From contig CAVRAT010000015.1 in assembly GCA_963719125.1 (NCBI GenBank), positions 154,683-218,682 on the forward strand: a stretch of DNA of 64,000 nucleotides, read 5' to 3'. The number at the start of each line of letters is the position of its first letter. The first letter of the stretch is position 1. Source of the stretch: an uncultured Acidimicrobiaceae bacterium (GTDB lineage Bacteria > Actinomycetota > Acidimicrobiia > Acidimicrobiales > Bog-793). The position numbers and the translations under genes were made by a program. This document shows, piece after piece, positions 1 to 10,741 of this stretch. The notes beneath the pieces are model-generated. The model searched no databases, was not told the DNA's origin, and was given only the letters and a program-made list of their open reading frames with translations.

Positions 1-1572
1 GTCACCTACCTGCACCCCGACGTGGAGGCGATCCTCGGGGACACCTATGGCCTGATGCTCTACCAGGAGTCGGTGATGCGGGTCGCGCAGCGCTTCTCCG
101 GCTACTCCCTCGAGGAAGCCGACAATCTGCGCAAGGCGTGCGGCAAGAAGAACCGCGAGCTCATCGCCGCCGAGAGGAAGAAGTTCATCGCCGGCTGTGT
201 GAGGCAGGGTTACGACGAGGCGCTCGGCAAGCAGTTGTTCGACATCATCGAGCCTTTCGCCGACTACGCCTTCAACAAGTCCCACTCGTACGGCTACGGC
301 CTCGTCGCCTATCAGACCGCTTGGTTGAAGGCGAACTATCCCGTCGAGTACTTGGCGGCGCTGCTCTCGTCGGTGAAGGGCGACAAGGACCGCACCGCCG
401 TCTACCTCGCGGAGTGCCGCACTCTCGGGATCGAGGTGCGCGTGCCGGACGTGAACGCATCGTCCTCGAACTTCACAACGATCCGCGGGGCAGGCGAGGG
501 ACCGGGCGCCGGGCGCGACGTGATCGTCTTCGGCCTGTCGGCGGTGCGCAACGTCGGGGAGGCCATCGTCGAGCACATCGTCGCGGCTCGCGAACGCGGA
601 GGGCCGTTCGCAGACTTCTACGACTTCTGCCGCCGCGTCGACTCGAGCGCGCTCAACAAACGGGCTGTCGAGTCGCTCGCGAAGGCGGGGGCCTTCGACT
701 CGCTGGGCCATCCCCGAAAGGGGCTCTGCCTCGCCTTCGAATCGATCGTCGAGCGGGCGCTCGTGCGTCGGCGCGAACAGGAGCAGGGTATCGCGACCCT
801 GTTCTCCCTCCTCGACGAGGAGGCCTCCGACGCCGCCGAGGGTACCTCGCCGGCGAGCTTCGACGGCACATGGGTGGCGATCCCGGACCTCGAGTTCGAC
901 AAGGCCGAGCGCCTGGCCTTCGAGAAGGAGATGCTCGGCCTGTACGTGAGCGACCATCCCCTTATGGGCCTCGAGAAGGCCTTGCGCAACGTCACCGACG
1001 TCACGATCCGCGACCTTCTCGACTCGGCCGCCCCAGGCGGCGATGCCACGGCAGTCGGTGCCGCCACCGGACCGGGGGGCTGGAGTGAGAACGCCACCGT
1101 CACGACCGGAGGTGTCGTCACGGCACTCGTGAGGCGTTACACCCGCCGCGGTGAGCTGATGGCGACCTTCGTGCTCGAGGATCTCGAGGCGGCCATCGAG
1201 GTGATGGTGTTCCCGAAGACGATGCTCGAGTACGGCGGCCTGCTCGAGCAGGACGCCATCATCGCGGTGCGCGGCCGGCTCGACCTACGTGAGGACCAGC
1301 CGAAGCTCATCTGCCGGGACCTGAGGCGTCTCGAGCTGACCGCACCCGGCAGCGATCCCCCTGTCGAGGTCGTGCTGCCGCTCAACCGGCTCACCGACTC
1401 GCTCGTACGGCAGATCCGCGATCTCGTAGCCGAGCATCCCGGCAACTGCGCGGTCCACCTGCGCGTGGGTGAGAAGGTGCTGAGGCTGCCGCCGCAATTC
1501 AACGTCGACCCCCGGGGTGGCCTGGTGGGCGCTTTGAAGGAGCTCCTGGGCACCTCCGCCGTCGCGCGGTGA
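1..1572 (+). CDS. dnaE: DNA polymerase III alpha subunit, C-terminal part (5' end lies outside the window)
   Basis: The reading frame is open to the window start. The translation shows DnaE-type segments (FNKSHSYGYGLVAYQTAWLKANYPVEYLAALL, OB-fold and C-terminal tail). Confidence 0.9.
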   Translation, partial: VTYLHPDVEAILGDTYGLMLYQESVMRVAQRFSGYSLEEADNLRKACGKKNRELIAAERKKFIAGCVRQGYDEALGKQLFDIIEPFADYAFNKSHSYGYGLVAYQTAWLKANYPVEYLAALLSSVKGDKDRTAVYLAECRTLGIEVRVPDVNASSSNFTTIRGAGEGPGAGRDVIVFGLSAVRNVGEAIVEHIVAARERGGPFADFYDFCRRVDSSALNKRAVESLAKAGAFDSLGHPRKGLCLAFESIVERALVRRREQEQGIATLFSLLDEEASDAAEGTSPASFDGTWVAIPDLEFDKAERLAFEKEMLGLYVSDHPLMGLEKALRNVTDVTIRDLLDSAAPGGDATAVGAATGPGGWSENATVTTGGVVTALVRRYTRRGELMATFVLEDLEAAIEVMVFPKTMLEYGGLLEQDAIIAVRGRLDLREDQPKLICRDLRRLELTAPGSDPPVEVVLPLNRLTDSLVRQIRDLVAEHPGNCAVHLRVGEKVLRLPPQFNVDPRGGLVGALKELLGTSAVAR

Positions 1573-1776
1573 GTGGTCAGTAGAACGCCACCTGGCAGGT
1601 CATCTGATTAATCCCGTACACTGTTGACGGTCCGAGCCGGGACGTGTGCGCGCAGCCGGGCACGTCGGGGTTCGGCGTCGCCACGAGCGGCCAGTATCTG
1701 CAAGGCGCGGTCCGAAGCCGTGTCCCAGTGTGGTCCGGGCGGCAGGGTAAGAGACGCACGGGAGCATGAGACTGTC

Positions 1777-2457
1777 ATGGCCATCGAGATCGAGGTCGCC
1801 ACGAAAGACTGCACGGCGCTCACTGACGCGGAGCTTGCCGAAATGGCCGACCTCTCAGCGACGGAGGCGGGCGGCTGGGAAGTGGGTTTCCTGTCCAAGC
1901 AACGCGAGGACTGGGTGCTCGTCACCCAGGTCCGCGAGCAGTCGAAGCTTCAGGGCTATGCGCTCGCGACCCTCGAGCGGATAGGCGGCACACCGAGCCT
2001 CCTCGTCGGAGTGGCGGCCTTCACACGCGGCCCGAGCGGAGCCGCAGCTCTCGACGCGGCGATGCGCGACCTGTACCGCCGCGCCGTGCTCGCCTTTCCT
2101 GATGAAGACGTCCTGGTCGGGACCAGGCTCGCCCGGGCGTCCGGGTTCCGCGCCTTCGAGGGGCTGGAGGACGTTGTCCCGCGTCCCGATCACCGGGCCA
2201 CCGGTGAGGAGCGCGCCTGGGGTCGTCGGCTCGCCAAGCGTTTCGGCGCCGACGGCCAGCTCGACGACAGGACCTTTGTGATCAAGGGTGACGGCGACGC
2301 TGCCGGGCTCCTCGACTTCGACCCGCTCGAATCCGAAGGAGAGAGCGAGGCGCTCGCCGGGTTGTTCGCGGCGGTGGAAAGCAAGCGACGTGACAGCCTC
2401 GTGGCCTTCGGCTGGGCGATGGCCGAGGCGCTCGCTGCCAGCTCGCTCCCGGTCTGA
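1777..2457 (+). CDS. hypothetical protein
   Basis: ATG at 1777 (MAIEIEVATKD...) with GGAG upstream. Composition is balanced with high third-position GC. The upstream part of ORF 1624.. is Arg/Ala-rich and probably non-coding. No family recognised. Confidence 0.5.
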   Translation: MAIEIEVATKDCTALTDAELAEMADLSATEAGGWEVGFLSKQREDWVLVTQVREQSKLQGYALATLERIGGTPSLLVGVAAFTRGPSGAAALDAAMRDLYRRAVLAFPDEDVLVGTRLARASGFRAFEGLEDVVPRPDHRATGEERAWGRRLAKRFGADGQLDDRTFVIKGDGDAAGLLDFDPLESEGESEALAGLFAAVESKRRDSLVAFGWAMAEALAASSLPV

Positions 2458-2563
2458 GCCACACTCCGCCTCCGCCCACCTGAGCGGACCCTCTGAGCGA
2501 GGCGCCCTCGCGCTCGCACGGGACAGACGGGCCATCCTCGGGCCTCGTCGTCCCCGGTACAGG

Positions 2564-3232
2564 TCAGGGCCGCGGCAGCACGCCGAGCACGAGCTTTGGT
2601 GCCTGTCCTCGGTGTGGAGCTCCGAGGGCGACGACCAGGTACCTCGGCGCTCCCCCGATCGTCTTTAGGACGGCGTCGTTCGTGAGCGCGCCGCTCGGCG
2701 CCCGGTCCTTGGCGTCGATGAGGCGTTCGTCCACGACCGGGAGGCGGTGCTTGCGGCCCCCGAGGCTGAACTGGCACCAGGTGCCCGTCAGGTCGGAGGA
2801 GAAGGCGGGCGGCCTGTCGGGAGCGACGACGACGACCGAAGGTCGCGAGCCGTCCAGGTCCACATACGAGATCGAAGGTCCCAGCGATCCGAGCAGGGGA
2901 CGCTTGGGGTCGGCGGGGAGCAGCTCGTGGAGGATCCGCCGGGCCGCCCGACGCCGGGGTGGACCCACGCGCTCAGGTGCCTGCAGGACCATGACGGCCT
3001 CGGGTCGCGCCGGGTCGGGCGGCTCGTCGTCATCTGCGAGCTGAATGTCGACGATGTCCAGCTCCGGACCGGTGCGGGGTTCCCCACGGCCCCTGTCCGA
3101 GGCCGGGGCCGCAAGGCTCGAGTCCGTGGCCACGACCGGCCAGCCCGAGGCCCGGCTCCTCATCAAAGAGCCGGTGGCGACATCGACGAGCACCCATTCG
3201 GGGCCCCGTGCGAGCAGCAGGCAGCGCAGCAC
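2564..3232 (-). CDS. hypothetical protein
   Basis: ORF 2564..3391 trimmed to the in-frame GTG at 3232, which avoids overlap with the 3' end of the upstream gene (stop at 3307). No family recognised; the start is uncertain. Confidence 0.45.
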   Translation of the reverse strand: MLRCLLLARGPEWVLVDVATGSLMRSRASGWPVVATDSSLAAPASDRGRGEPRTGPELDIVDIQLADDDEPPDPARPEAVMVLQAPERVGPPRRRAARRILHELLPADPKRPLLGSLGPSISYVDLDGSRPSVVVVAPDRPPAFSSDLTGTWCQFSLGGRKHRLPVVDERLIDAKDRAPSGALTNDAVLKTIGGAPRYLVVALGAPHRGQAPKLVLGVLPRP

Positions 3233-3306
3233 GTCGCCGGGTCGGTTCGTCCGGGCCGTGCCCGGTCTCCGGTGGCGGTGCGAGGGGAGCCGTACGGCGT
3301 GGCGTC

Positions 3307-5340
3307 TCACCGGGACGCGACCACGCTGTCGAGGGCTTCGAGGAGGGCGTCGGCGTCGCGGACCGGGGCGAGGCAGGCTCCGCGTCGGCACAGGTAGGCG
3401 AACCCGTCCTCGCGGTCACTGAGCAGCGGGCTCTCGAAGGCGCCGACCGGGGCTTGCCCGCGAGCAGGTGCGCGCCAAGCGAGCACGGCCCCTGGCACAA
3501 AGCGCGTCCGGGCCGCCCGGACGAGGTCCGGCCGGTCGCCCGTGACGGCGATCTCCACGGGTCCCTCCGCGACAAGCTCTGCTCCGAGGAGGAGCTCGGC
3601 GAATGCCGAGGGGGCGGCCGCGAGGCGGGCTCGCGCCGAGGCGATGATCCGCGCGGCTGCATCGGCGAACCCGTCGTCACCGGTGAGGGCGCCGAGGCGC
3701 GCCAGCGCGACGGCCGCGACCGAGCCCGCAGACGGCGTCACGCCGTCTTGGACGTCCCGGGGCCGCACCACAAGTCGTGGCGCGTCGGCGCCGGTCGTGT
3801 AGAGGCCGCCGTTCTCCTCGTCGCGGAAGAGCTCGAGCAGCTGGCGGGCGATCGTCACGGCCTCCATCGTCCATGTCGGCTCGCCCGTCAGCTCGCCGAG
3901 GCGAGTGCAGCAGTCGACGAGCCACGCGTAGTCCGCGGCATAGCCGAGCACAGAGGCGTGCCCTCGGCAAAAGGAGCGAAGAACCCGGCCATCTGGCCGG
4001 CGCAGATGGCCGAGGAGGAATGTCGCGATCTCCACCGCCGCTTTCGACCAGTCGTCCCTGCCGGTTGCGCCTGCGGCTTCGGCCAGGGTCGAGCACATCA
4101 TGGCGTTCCACTCCGTGATGATCTTGTCGTCGAGGCCCGGCCGGACGCGAGAAGCCCGCGCGGCGGCGAGCAGCGACCGGGCGGCTTCGATCTGCGGTGG
4201 GCGCTCGAGGGCGCCACGCCGGGCCAGGTGCAGGATCGTCCGGCCTTCGAAGTTGCCCTCCGCCGTGACGCCGTACCATTCGGCCGCCTCCGCACCGAGC
4301 GCGGGCCCGAGCACCGAGCTCAGCTCCTCGGCCGACCACACGTAGAAGCGTCCTTCCTCGCCCTCGGAGTCGGCATCCTCTGCCGCGTAAAGGCCTCCGC
4401 CTTTGTCGCGGAGGTCGCCGAGCACGTACGCCAGGGTCTCGGTGAGCACCTGGAGCCAGCGAGGATCGCCGTCGATTTGCCAGGTGTGCAGATAGACCCG
4501 AGCAAGGAGCGCCTGGTCGTACAGCATCTTCTCGAAGTGTGGCACGTCCCAGTGGGCGTCGACCGAGTAGCGGGAGAACCCCCCGCCGAGATGGTCGTAG
4601 ATGCCCCCGGAGGCCATTGCCTCGAGGGTGCGTTCGACCATGTCGAGCGACCCGCCTTCGCCGTTGCGGAGGTGATCGCGTGCCAGCAGGTCCAAGAGGA
4701 GCGGTTGGGGGAATTTCGGGGCGGAGCCGAATCCCCCGTTTACAGGGTCGAACATGGACGAGAGCCGTGCGGCGGCTTCGGCGCACAGCTCGTCCGCGGG
4801 CTTCGGGCCCAGTCCCGCGGAGTGGGACGGTTCCCCCGGCGCGAGGCGCCTCGAGACCGCGTCCGTCAAAAGGCGCGCCTGGCCGACGACATCGTCCCGG
4901 CGCGAATCCCAGGCCTCGGCGACGGCGTCGAGCAACTGACGGAAGGAGGGCAGCCCATGGCGGGCGCGGTCGGGGAAGTACGTGCCCGCAAGAAACGGGA
5001 GCCCGTCCGGGGTGGCGAAGATGCTCATCGGCCAACCGCCGCGGCCGGTCGCAGTCTGCACCGCCTCCATGTAGACCGCGTCTATGTCCGGCCGCTCCTC
5101 CCGGTCGACCTTCACGCTCACGAAATGCCGGTTCATCACCTCCGCAGTCGCCGGGTCCGCGAAGGACTCGTGACCCATGACGTGGCACCAGTGGCACGAG
5201 GAGTAGCCGATCGAGATGAAAAGCGGCCGGTCAAGTTCCTTCGCGCTCGCGAGCGCTTCGTCGCCCCACGGGTACCAGTCGACCGGATCGCGGGCGTGCT
5301 GGCGCAGGTAGGGGCTTTCCTCGACGCCGAGCCGGTTCAC
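3307..5340 (-). CDS. thioredoxin-domain protein of the DUF255/YyaL type (N-terminal thioredoxin fold plus six-hairpin glycosidase-like domain)
   Basis: N-terminus [47 protein letters not shown] is the hallmark of this family. Length is 677 aa. Confidence 0.85.
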   Translation of the reverse strand: MNRLGVEESPYLRQHARDPVDWYPWGDEALASAKELDRPLFISIGYSSCHWCHVMGHESFADPATAEVMNRHFVSVKVDREERPDIDAVYMEAVQTATGRGGWPMSIFATPDGLPFLAGTYFPDRARHGLPSFRQLLDAVAEAWDSRRDDVVGQARLLTDAVSRRLAPGEPSHSAGLGPKPADELCAEAAARLSSMFDPVNGGFGSAPKFPQPLLLDLLARDHLRNGEGGSLDMVERTLEAMASGGIYDHLGGGFSRYSVDAHWDVPHFEKMLYDQALLARVYLHTWQIDGDPRWLQVLTETLAYVLGDLRDKGGGLYAAEDADSEGEEGRFYVWSAEELSSVLGPALGAEAAEWYGVTAEGNFEGRTILHLARRGALERPPQIEAARSLLAAARASRVRPGLDDKIITEWNAMMCSTLAEAAGATGRDDWSKAAVEIATFLLGHLRRPDGRVLRSFCRGHASVLGYAADYAWLVDCCTRLGELTGEPTWTMEAVTIARQLLELFRDEENGGLYTTGADAPRLVVRPRDVQDGVTPSAGSVAAVALARLGALTGDDGFADAAARIIASARARLAAAPSAFAELLLGAELVAEGPVEIAVTGDRPDLVRAARTRFVPGAVLAWRAPARGQAPVGAFESPLLSDREDGFAYLCRRGACLAPVRDADALLEALDSVVASR

Positions 5341-5512
5341 CTACGACCGCCGTCATCTGGGCAGGGGGACGCTTTCACGCTCCGGAATCTATGGTCTTAG
5401 CCATGGAGCTCGGTCTCGCGGGCAAAGTGGCACCCGTCAGGGGTGTATCGCCTGCGACCGGCAAAGCGATTCCGGCCCGATTCGCCGAGGCCTTCCCCGG
5501 CGAATCCCGCCC

Positions 5513-7519
5513 TTGACCTGTCTTTCCGACCCGGTCCGCCTGGGTCGGCGGGAGGCCCGCACACGCCTCGTGTTCGGGCAGCACGAGACCAACCTCGGAA
5601 CCGGCCGGGCGTTCTCGGAGCGCCACGTCGCCTACTACCGGGCTCGTGCGGCGGGAGGGGCAGGGGTGATCGTCGTCGAGGAGGCGTCGGTCGACGAATC
5701 GGACTGGCCTTACGAGCGGGCTCCGCTCGCATCACTGGCCGGCGCGGGCTGGTCCGCCATCTCGCTCGCCTGCCACGCCGAGGGCGCACTCGTGATCGCC
5801 GCGCTCGGCCACGCAGGCGCTCAGGGCTCGAGCGCCTATCACCAACGTGTCTTGCTCGGAGCCTCCCCGGTGCCCGACGCGGAGACCGGCGAAGTCCCCA
5901 AAGCCATGGAGGCCGAGGAGATCGAGGCCCTGGTCGCCGCTTTCGGCGTTGCGGCCGCAGCGGCTGTCGAGGCCGGTTGCGACGGTGTGGAGCTGAATGC
6001 AGGCCAGTACAGCCTGCTCCGCCAGTTCTGCTCGCGGCTCACGAACTTCCGCAACGATGAGCTCGGTGCCGACCGCGCCGAGCTCCTGTGTCGGGTGATC
6101 TCGTCCACGCGCGATGCCGTCGCCCGAACTTCGGCCGATGCCCTGGTCGGTCTCCGGCTGTCGGTCGACGAGCTCACGGCATGGGCGGGGATCGTGCCGC
6201 AGACCGCGGCGAGCCTCGTGGTGGCGCTGCCTCCCTCGGGCATCGACTACCTCTGCGCCGTGCGCGGCTCCGCCTTCCGCACTGCCGCCACGCGACCCGA
6301 CTCCCACGTCGAGCCGGGTTTCAACCGAAGTTCGGCAGCGATGGTGCGCAGCGGCCTGCCGAGCGGGGTCGCTCTCGTGGCGCAGGGCTCTGTCGTCGAC
6401 GTCGCCCTCGCCGAGGAGCTCGTCGCCGGGGGCGAGGCCGATCTCGTCGAGATGACCCGTGCCCAGATCGCCGATCCCGGCCTGGGCGTGAAGGTGGCGG
6501 CCGGAGCGGCCGACCGGGTACGTCCCTGTGTCCTGTGCAACCAGACATGTCGTGTGCGCGACGTCCGCAACCCTGTCGTCACCTGCATCGGCGAGCCTCG
6601 TTCGGGCCACGAGACGATCGACCCGATGCTCGACCAGCCTTTCCCGCCGGGTGTCGCGGTGACGCCTCCGTCACCGAAGTCGCATGTCCTCATCGTCGGC
6701 GGCGGTCCGGCAGGTCTGGAATGTGCCCGCGTCCTGGCCGTGGGCGGCCATGAGGTGACGCTCGTCGAGCGAGACCACACCCTTGGCGGGATGGTGCGGG
6801 TCGCCGCCCGCGCGCCCGGCAGGGAACGACTTGGCGCACTCGTGGACTGGCTGGAGTCCGAGTGCCGGCGCGGCGGGGTCCGGATCGTGACGGGCCATGA
6901 GTCGACCCTCGAGGAGGTCGACGGGCACGAGGGCCCGGTCGTTCACTGCACCGGGTCGCGCCCCGGCCGTCGCAGCTTCGAGGTGGCAGCCGGCGCGGCC
7001 GTCGCGACGGCCGCCGAGGTCCTCTCGGCCGAGCGCCAGGTCGCAGAGCCACCTCCGAGCCCGGTCGTGGTCTGGGACCCGATCGGCGGCCCGATCGGTG
7101 TCGGGGTCGCCGAGCTGTTGGCGACCCACGGGGCGGCGGTCAGCCTCGTCACCCCCGACCACGTGATCGGCGCCCGCCTGGCGCGAAGTGGCGACATCGC
7201 GCCGGCGAACATGCGGCTTCGCCAGCGCGGGGTCGAGCTCGTGCGCCGGAGCGCCATCGTGAAGGTTGATCAAAAGGGCGTGACGGTCGAGCATCGCTAC
7301 AGCGGCGAGCGTCGCCTGATCGAGGCCGCGCTGTGTGTCGACGCCGGCTACCTCCCGCCGCAGGACACCCTGTGGCGGGCGTCGGGTGGTGGACGCCACC
7401 CTCGCGCCGGCGACGCCGTGGCGCCGAGGACGATCCACGAGGCGATCCTCGAGGGCCGCCGGGTGGCGCTTGATCTCGTGCTCGGCAAGGGCACCGACTC
7501 TGAGGGCGCATTGCGATGA
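5513..7519 (+). CDS. FadH/old-yellow-enzyme family NADH:flavin oxidoreductase (2,4-dienoyl-CoA reductase-like), paralog 1
   Basis: N-terminal OYE TIM-barrel, Cys cluster CVLCNQTCRVRDVRNPVVTC, and C-terminal GGGPAG dinucleotide-binding domain. TTG start. Confidence 0.85.
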   Translation: MTCLSDPVRLGRREARTRLVFGQHETNLGTGRAFSERHVAYYRARAAGGAGVIVVEEASVDESDWPYERAPLASLAGAGWSAISLACHAEGALVIAALGHAGAQGSSAYHQRVLLGASPVPDAETGEVPKAMEAEEIEALVAAFGVAAAAAVEAGCDGVELNAGQYSLLRQFCSRLTNFRNDELGADRAELLCRVISSTRDAVARTSADALVGLRLSVDELTAWAGIVPQTAASLVVALPPSGIDYLCAVRGSAFRTAATRPDSHVEPGFNRSSAAMVRSGLPSGVALVAQGSVVDVALAEELVAGGEADLVEMTRAQIADPGLGVKVAAGAADRVRPCVLCNQTCRVRDVRNPVVTCIGEPRSGHETIDPMLDQPFPPGVAVTPPSPKSHVLIVGGGPAGLECARVLAVGGHEVTLVERDHTLGGMVRVAARAPGRERLGALVDWLESECRRGGVRIVTGHESTLEEVDGHEGPVVHCTGSRPGRRSFEVAAGAAVATAAEVLSAERQVAEPPPSPVVVWDPIGGPIGVGVAELLATHGAAVSLVTPDHVIGARLARSGDIAPANMRLRQRGVELVRRSAIVKVDQKGVTVEHRYSGERRLIEAALCVDAGYLPPQDTLWRASGGGRHPRAGDAVAPRTIHEAILEGRRVALDLVLGKGTDSEGALR

Positions 7520-9492
7520 CGAGCAGCCGGAGGTACACGCTGCTGTCCTCGCCGGTGAGAGTGGGGCCAATCACGCTCGAGAACCGGATCGTGTTCGCGG
7601 CCCATCAGACCAACTACGCAACCGGCGGCCTGCCGACCGCCCAGCACGCTGCCTACTATGCGGCCCGGGCTGAGGGTGGGGCAGGACTCGTGATCACCGA
7701 GGGGCAATCGGTGCACGCTTCTGACTGGCCGCACGAGAAGGTCATCCGTGGCTTCGACGCCGCCGTGATCCCAGCGTGGCGAGCTATCACCGACAAGCTG
7801 CACAGTCACGGTACGCCAATCTTCGCCCAGATCAACCACAGCGGCTCACATGGGACAGGGATGTACTCGCGCCTCGCGCTCTGGGCGGCGTCGCCTGTCG
7901 CCGACGCCGTGTCGCGCGAGGTTCCCAAAGCGGTCGAGGAGCACGAGATCGCCGAGATCATCGCCGGCTTCGCCGCCGCGGCGGCACGGTGCGCGGAAGG
8001 GGGTTTCGACGGGGTCGAGCTCGAGTGCTCGGGCGCCTCGATCCTTAGCGGCTTCCTCTCGCCCGCCACGAACCTGCGCACCGATGGTTACGGCGGTTCG
8101 CTCGAGCGCCGCGCCCGGCTGCTCCTCGAGATCCTGAGCGAGGTGCGCAGCGCCGTCGGGCGCAAGCTCGCGATCGGGGTGCGGCTCAGCGGTGACGAGC
8201 GCGTCGACCCGGGGACGACGCTCACCGACGCCATCGCCGTCGCGAAGATGGTGGACGAACAGGGCTGCGCCGACTACCTGAACGCTTCCGTCGGTCCCGT
8301 GAAGACGACGCCGCAGGTGTCCGGGTCCCCCAGGCACGTGGGGCCGCGGCACTCCAGCTTGATCGCCGCGGCATTCCGCAAAGCCATTGCGCTCCCGGTC
8401 GTCGGCGGCGGGCGCTACCGCGACCCGGCCCAGGCCGAGCGTGCGCTCAGGGCCGGTCACTGCGATCTCGTCGGGATCGTGCGGGCCCAGATCACCGACC
8501 CCCAATTCGCCTCCAAGGCGCTCTCCGGCCGCACCGAGACGATCGATCTCTGCTCCTCGTGCACCCAGGAGTGCGTGGGCCGCGTCCGCCGTAACTGCTC
8601 GCTTCGCTGCACGGAGAACCCGCGGGCAGGGCTGGAAGCGGAGGCCGGGTCCCGGTCGGTGGCGGGTGCAGGCTCACGGCGGAGGGTCGTGGTCGCGGGC
8701 GCCGGTCCCGGGGGTCTGCAGGCGGCGATCGCGGCGGCGGCGGGCGGTCACGAGGTGATCGTCTTCGAACGGGCAAACGAGCCTGGAGGCCTCGTCCGCC
8801 TTGCCGCCACGGCGCCGGGGCGCGGCGAGCTTCGCGACCTCGTGCGCAACCAGGTGGCCCGCTGTCGCGAGCTCGGCGTCGAGATCCGCCTCGCGGCCGA
8901 GGCCACGCCGGTCACCGTCCTCGCCGAGCGCCCGGATGTCGTCATCGTCGCCACCGGCTCGCGTCCCCGCCGACCCCGCTGGGCGTGGAACCCGCTACCG
9001 GGCTCGCCGGGGCTCGCCGATGTCACCGAGGTGCTCGACGGCTCGGCGCGGCCCTCAGGCACGGTGCTCGTCGTCGACGAGCTCGGGTTCCACCAGGCGG
9101 CGAGTGTTGCCGAGCTGCTCGCGGCTCACGGGTGCGCGGTCGAGATCGCCACTCCCGCCATGGTCGTGGGAGGCGACCTCGACCTCACAGGGGACCTGGA
9201 GGGCTTCAACATGCGCGCGGCGGCAAGACAGATAACCCAGTCGACGGACCTACTCGTCATGGCGCTCGAACCCGGCGGCGTCCAGCTGCTGCACCACCCG
9301 ACTGGCACCGTCGAGCGGCGGATCGTCGACTGGGTGGTCCTGGCGGTCGCGCCGGCGTCCGAGGACCGTCTCTACCGGCAGCTGCGCGGCGAGGCGCCCG
9401 GGCTCGACGTGAGGCGTGTGGGCGACTGTTTGGCACCCCGCCGTGCGCACGCGGCGGTCGTCGAGGGCGAACGGACCGGGGCGAGCATTTGA
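7516..9492 (+). CDS. FadH/old-yellow-enzyme family NADH:flavin oxidoreductase, paralog 2
   Basis: Same architecture as paralog 1 (CSSCTQECVGRVRRNCSLRC; GAGPGG). The ATGA start/stop overlap with the upstream paralog suggests translational coupling. Confidence 0.85.
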   Translation: MTSSRRYTLLSSPVRVGPITLENRIVFAAHQTNYATGGLPTAQHAAYYAARAEGGAGLVITEGQSVHASDWPHEKVIRGFDAAVIPAWRAITDKLHSHGTPIFAQINHSGSHGTGMYSRLALWAASPVADAVSREVPKAVEEHEIAEIIAGFAAAAARCAEGGFDGVELECSGASILSGFLSPATNLRTDGYGGSLERRARLLLEILSEVRSAVGRKLAIGVRLSGDERVDPGTTLTDAIAVAKMVDEQGCADYLNASVGPVKTTPQVSGSPRHVGPRHSSLIAAAFRKAIALPVVGGGRYRDPAQAERALRAGHCDLVGIVRAQITDPQFASKALSGRTETIDLCSSCTQECVGRVRRNCSLRCTENPRAGLEAEAGSRSVAGAGSRRRVVVAGAGPGGLQAAIAAAAGGHEVIVFERANEPGGLVRLAATAPGRGELRDLVRNQVARCRELGVEIRLAAEATPVTVLAERPDVVIVATGSRPRRPRWAWNPLPGSPGLADVTEVLDGSARPSGTVLVVDELGFHQAASVAELLAAHGCAVEIATPAMVVGGDLDLTGDLEGFNMRAAARQITQSTDLLVMALEPGGVQLLHHPTGTVERRIVDWVVLAVAPASEDRLYRQLRGEAPGLDVRRVGDCLAPRRAHAAVVEGERTGASI

Positions 9493-9525
9493 TGGCGCCC
9501 TGGCGAGATGTCGTGGTCGAAGTTC

Positions 9526-10692
9526 TCAGCCTGCACTTGCGCGCGGGCCGTCGAGCGTATTCAGCTCGCCTCTTTGCACCTTGCCGATGGCCGAGCGCGG
9601 CAGCCGCTTGACGACGATGAGCTCACGCGGGGCGGCGAAGGGGGCCAGGCGATCTCGCACTAGCTCGCGCAGCTCAGCGAGGATCGTCGCCGGCTCGGCG
9701 TCCTGGGCCGCCGGCGACGGCACGACGTAGGCGACGAGCCTCGATCCCCACTCGGGGTCCGGCCGACCGTCGACAGCCACGTCACCCACCGAAGGGTGGC
9801 TCCGGAGCACGGCCTCGACCTGTGCCGGCCAGATGTTCTCCCCACCTGAGATCACCAGGTCGTCCAGACGGCCGTGGACCGAGAGGCGGCCGGCCTCGTC
9901 GATCTGGCCGGCGTCGCCGGTGGCGAACCAGCCGTCGGCGGTCTTCGGGTCTGTCCCGTCCCGGTAGCAGCGCAGCAGCATCGGGCCGCGCAGCCAGACC
10001 TCGCCTGAGCGGAGCTCCACTTCCACGGCTTCGAGACCGACACCGTCGTACACGACGCCGGAGCCCGTCTCTGTCATCCCGTAGGTGGCCACGACGTTCT
10101 CGGGCCTGTCGACAGGGGGTGGCTGGCCGCCCAGGACGATTGTCCGGAAGAGGCGGGTGCCGTCCGGTCCGAGACGGGCAAGGGCGGCGGGCACGAGGGA
10201 GACGAGCGTCGCGCCGCGGCCGCGCGCCGCCGCCATGGCTTGCTCCGCCGTGAAACGAGGTTGGATCTCCACCGGCGTGCCCGTCTCGAGCGCCCTCGTC
10301 ACGACCGACAGGCCGCCGACGTGCGAGAGCGGCAGGCATGCGAGCCAGCCGTCCCGGGAGGGATCGACGCCGAGTCGGGCGCTCGTCGCAAGGGCCGACG
10401 CCCGGACGGCGTCGTGTGTCAGCACGACGCCCCTCGGCTCGCCGGTGGTCCCGCTCGTGGCGACGACGAGGGCGTCGCCGTCGGCGACTGGTTTGCCGCC
10501 TTCGAGCAGGGCGGAGTTGCCCGATGCATCCACCATGACCGAGGGGCGGAGAGCCTCGATGAGGCGCGCCATTGCCGGCTCGCGAAGGCGCACGTCGAGC
10601 GGCAGGAGGGCATCGCCGTCGTCCCAGCCGCGCCGGAGCACCTCGACGAACTCAGGGCCGCCGGGCATCGCGAGGGCCACGAGGCGGCGCAC
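9526..10692 (-). CDS. menE: o-succinylbenzoate-CoA ligase (AMP-dependent synthetase)
   Basis: AMP-binding motifs ([17 protein letters not shown]-like YGMTETG) in a men-cluster context. The start is set at GTG 10692 ([12 protein letters not shown]...) rather than ATG 10785, which would overlap menB. Confidence 0.8.
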   Translation of the reverse strand: MRRLVALAMPGGPEFVEVLRRGWDDGDALLPLDVRLREPAMARLIEALRPSVMVDASGNSALLEGGKPVADGDALVVATSGTTGEPRGVVLTHDAVRASALATSARLGVDPSRDGWLACLPLSHVGGLSVVTRALETGTPVEIQPRFTAEQAMAAARGRGATLVSLVPAALARLGPDGTRLFRTIVLGGQPPPVDRPENVVATYGMTETGSGVVYDGVGLEAVEVELRSGEVWLRGPMLLRCYRDGTDPKTADGWFATGDAGQIDEAGRLSVHGRLDDLVISGGENIWPAQVEAVLRSHPSVGDVAVDGRPDPEWGSRLVAYVVPSPAAQDAEPATILAELRELVRDRLAPFAAPRELIVVKRLPRSAIGKVQRGELNTLDGPRASAG

Positions 10693-10741
10693 GTCACAAG
10701 CGTACGGGGATGGAGAGGCGACCCGCATTAACCTGCATCGG

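Noticed and set aside
3208-5400. 730-aa ORF on the plus strand, and similar long ORFs (e.g. 14098..15702 -, 21874..23652 -, 34005..35573 -, 38522..40807 +, 42096..43523 -, 44539..45891 -, 48776..50470 -).
   Set aside because: They lie antisense to, or out of frame with, genes that have clear family signatures. Their translations are Arg/Pro/Gly/Ala-rich with no recognisable motifs, which is typical of open-frame artefacts in high-GC DNA.
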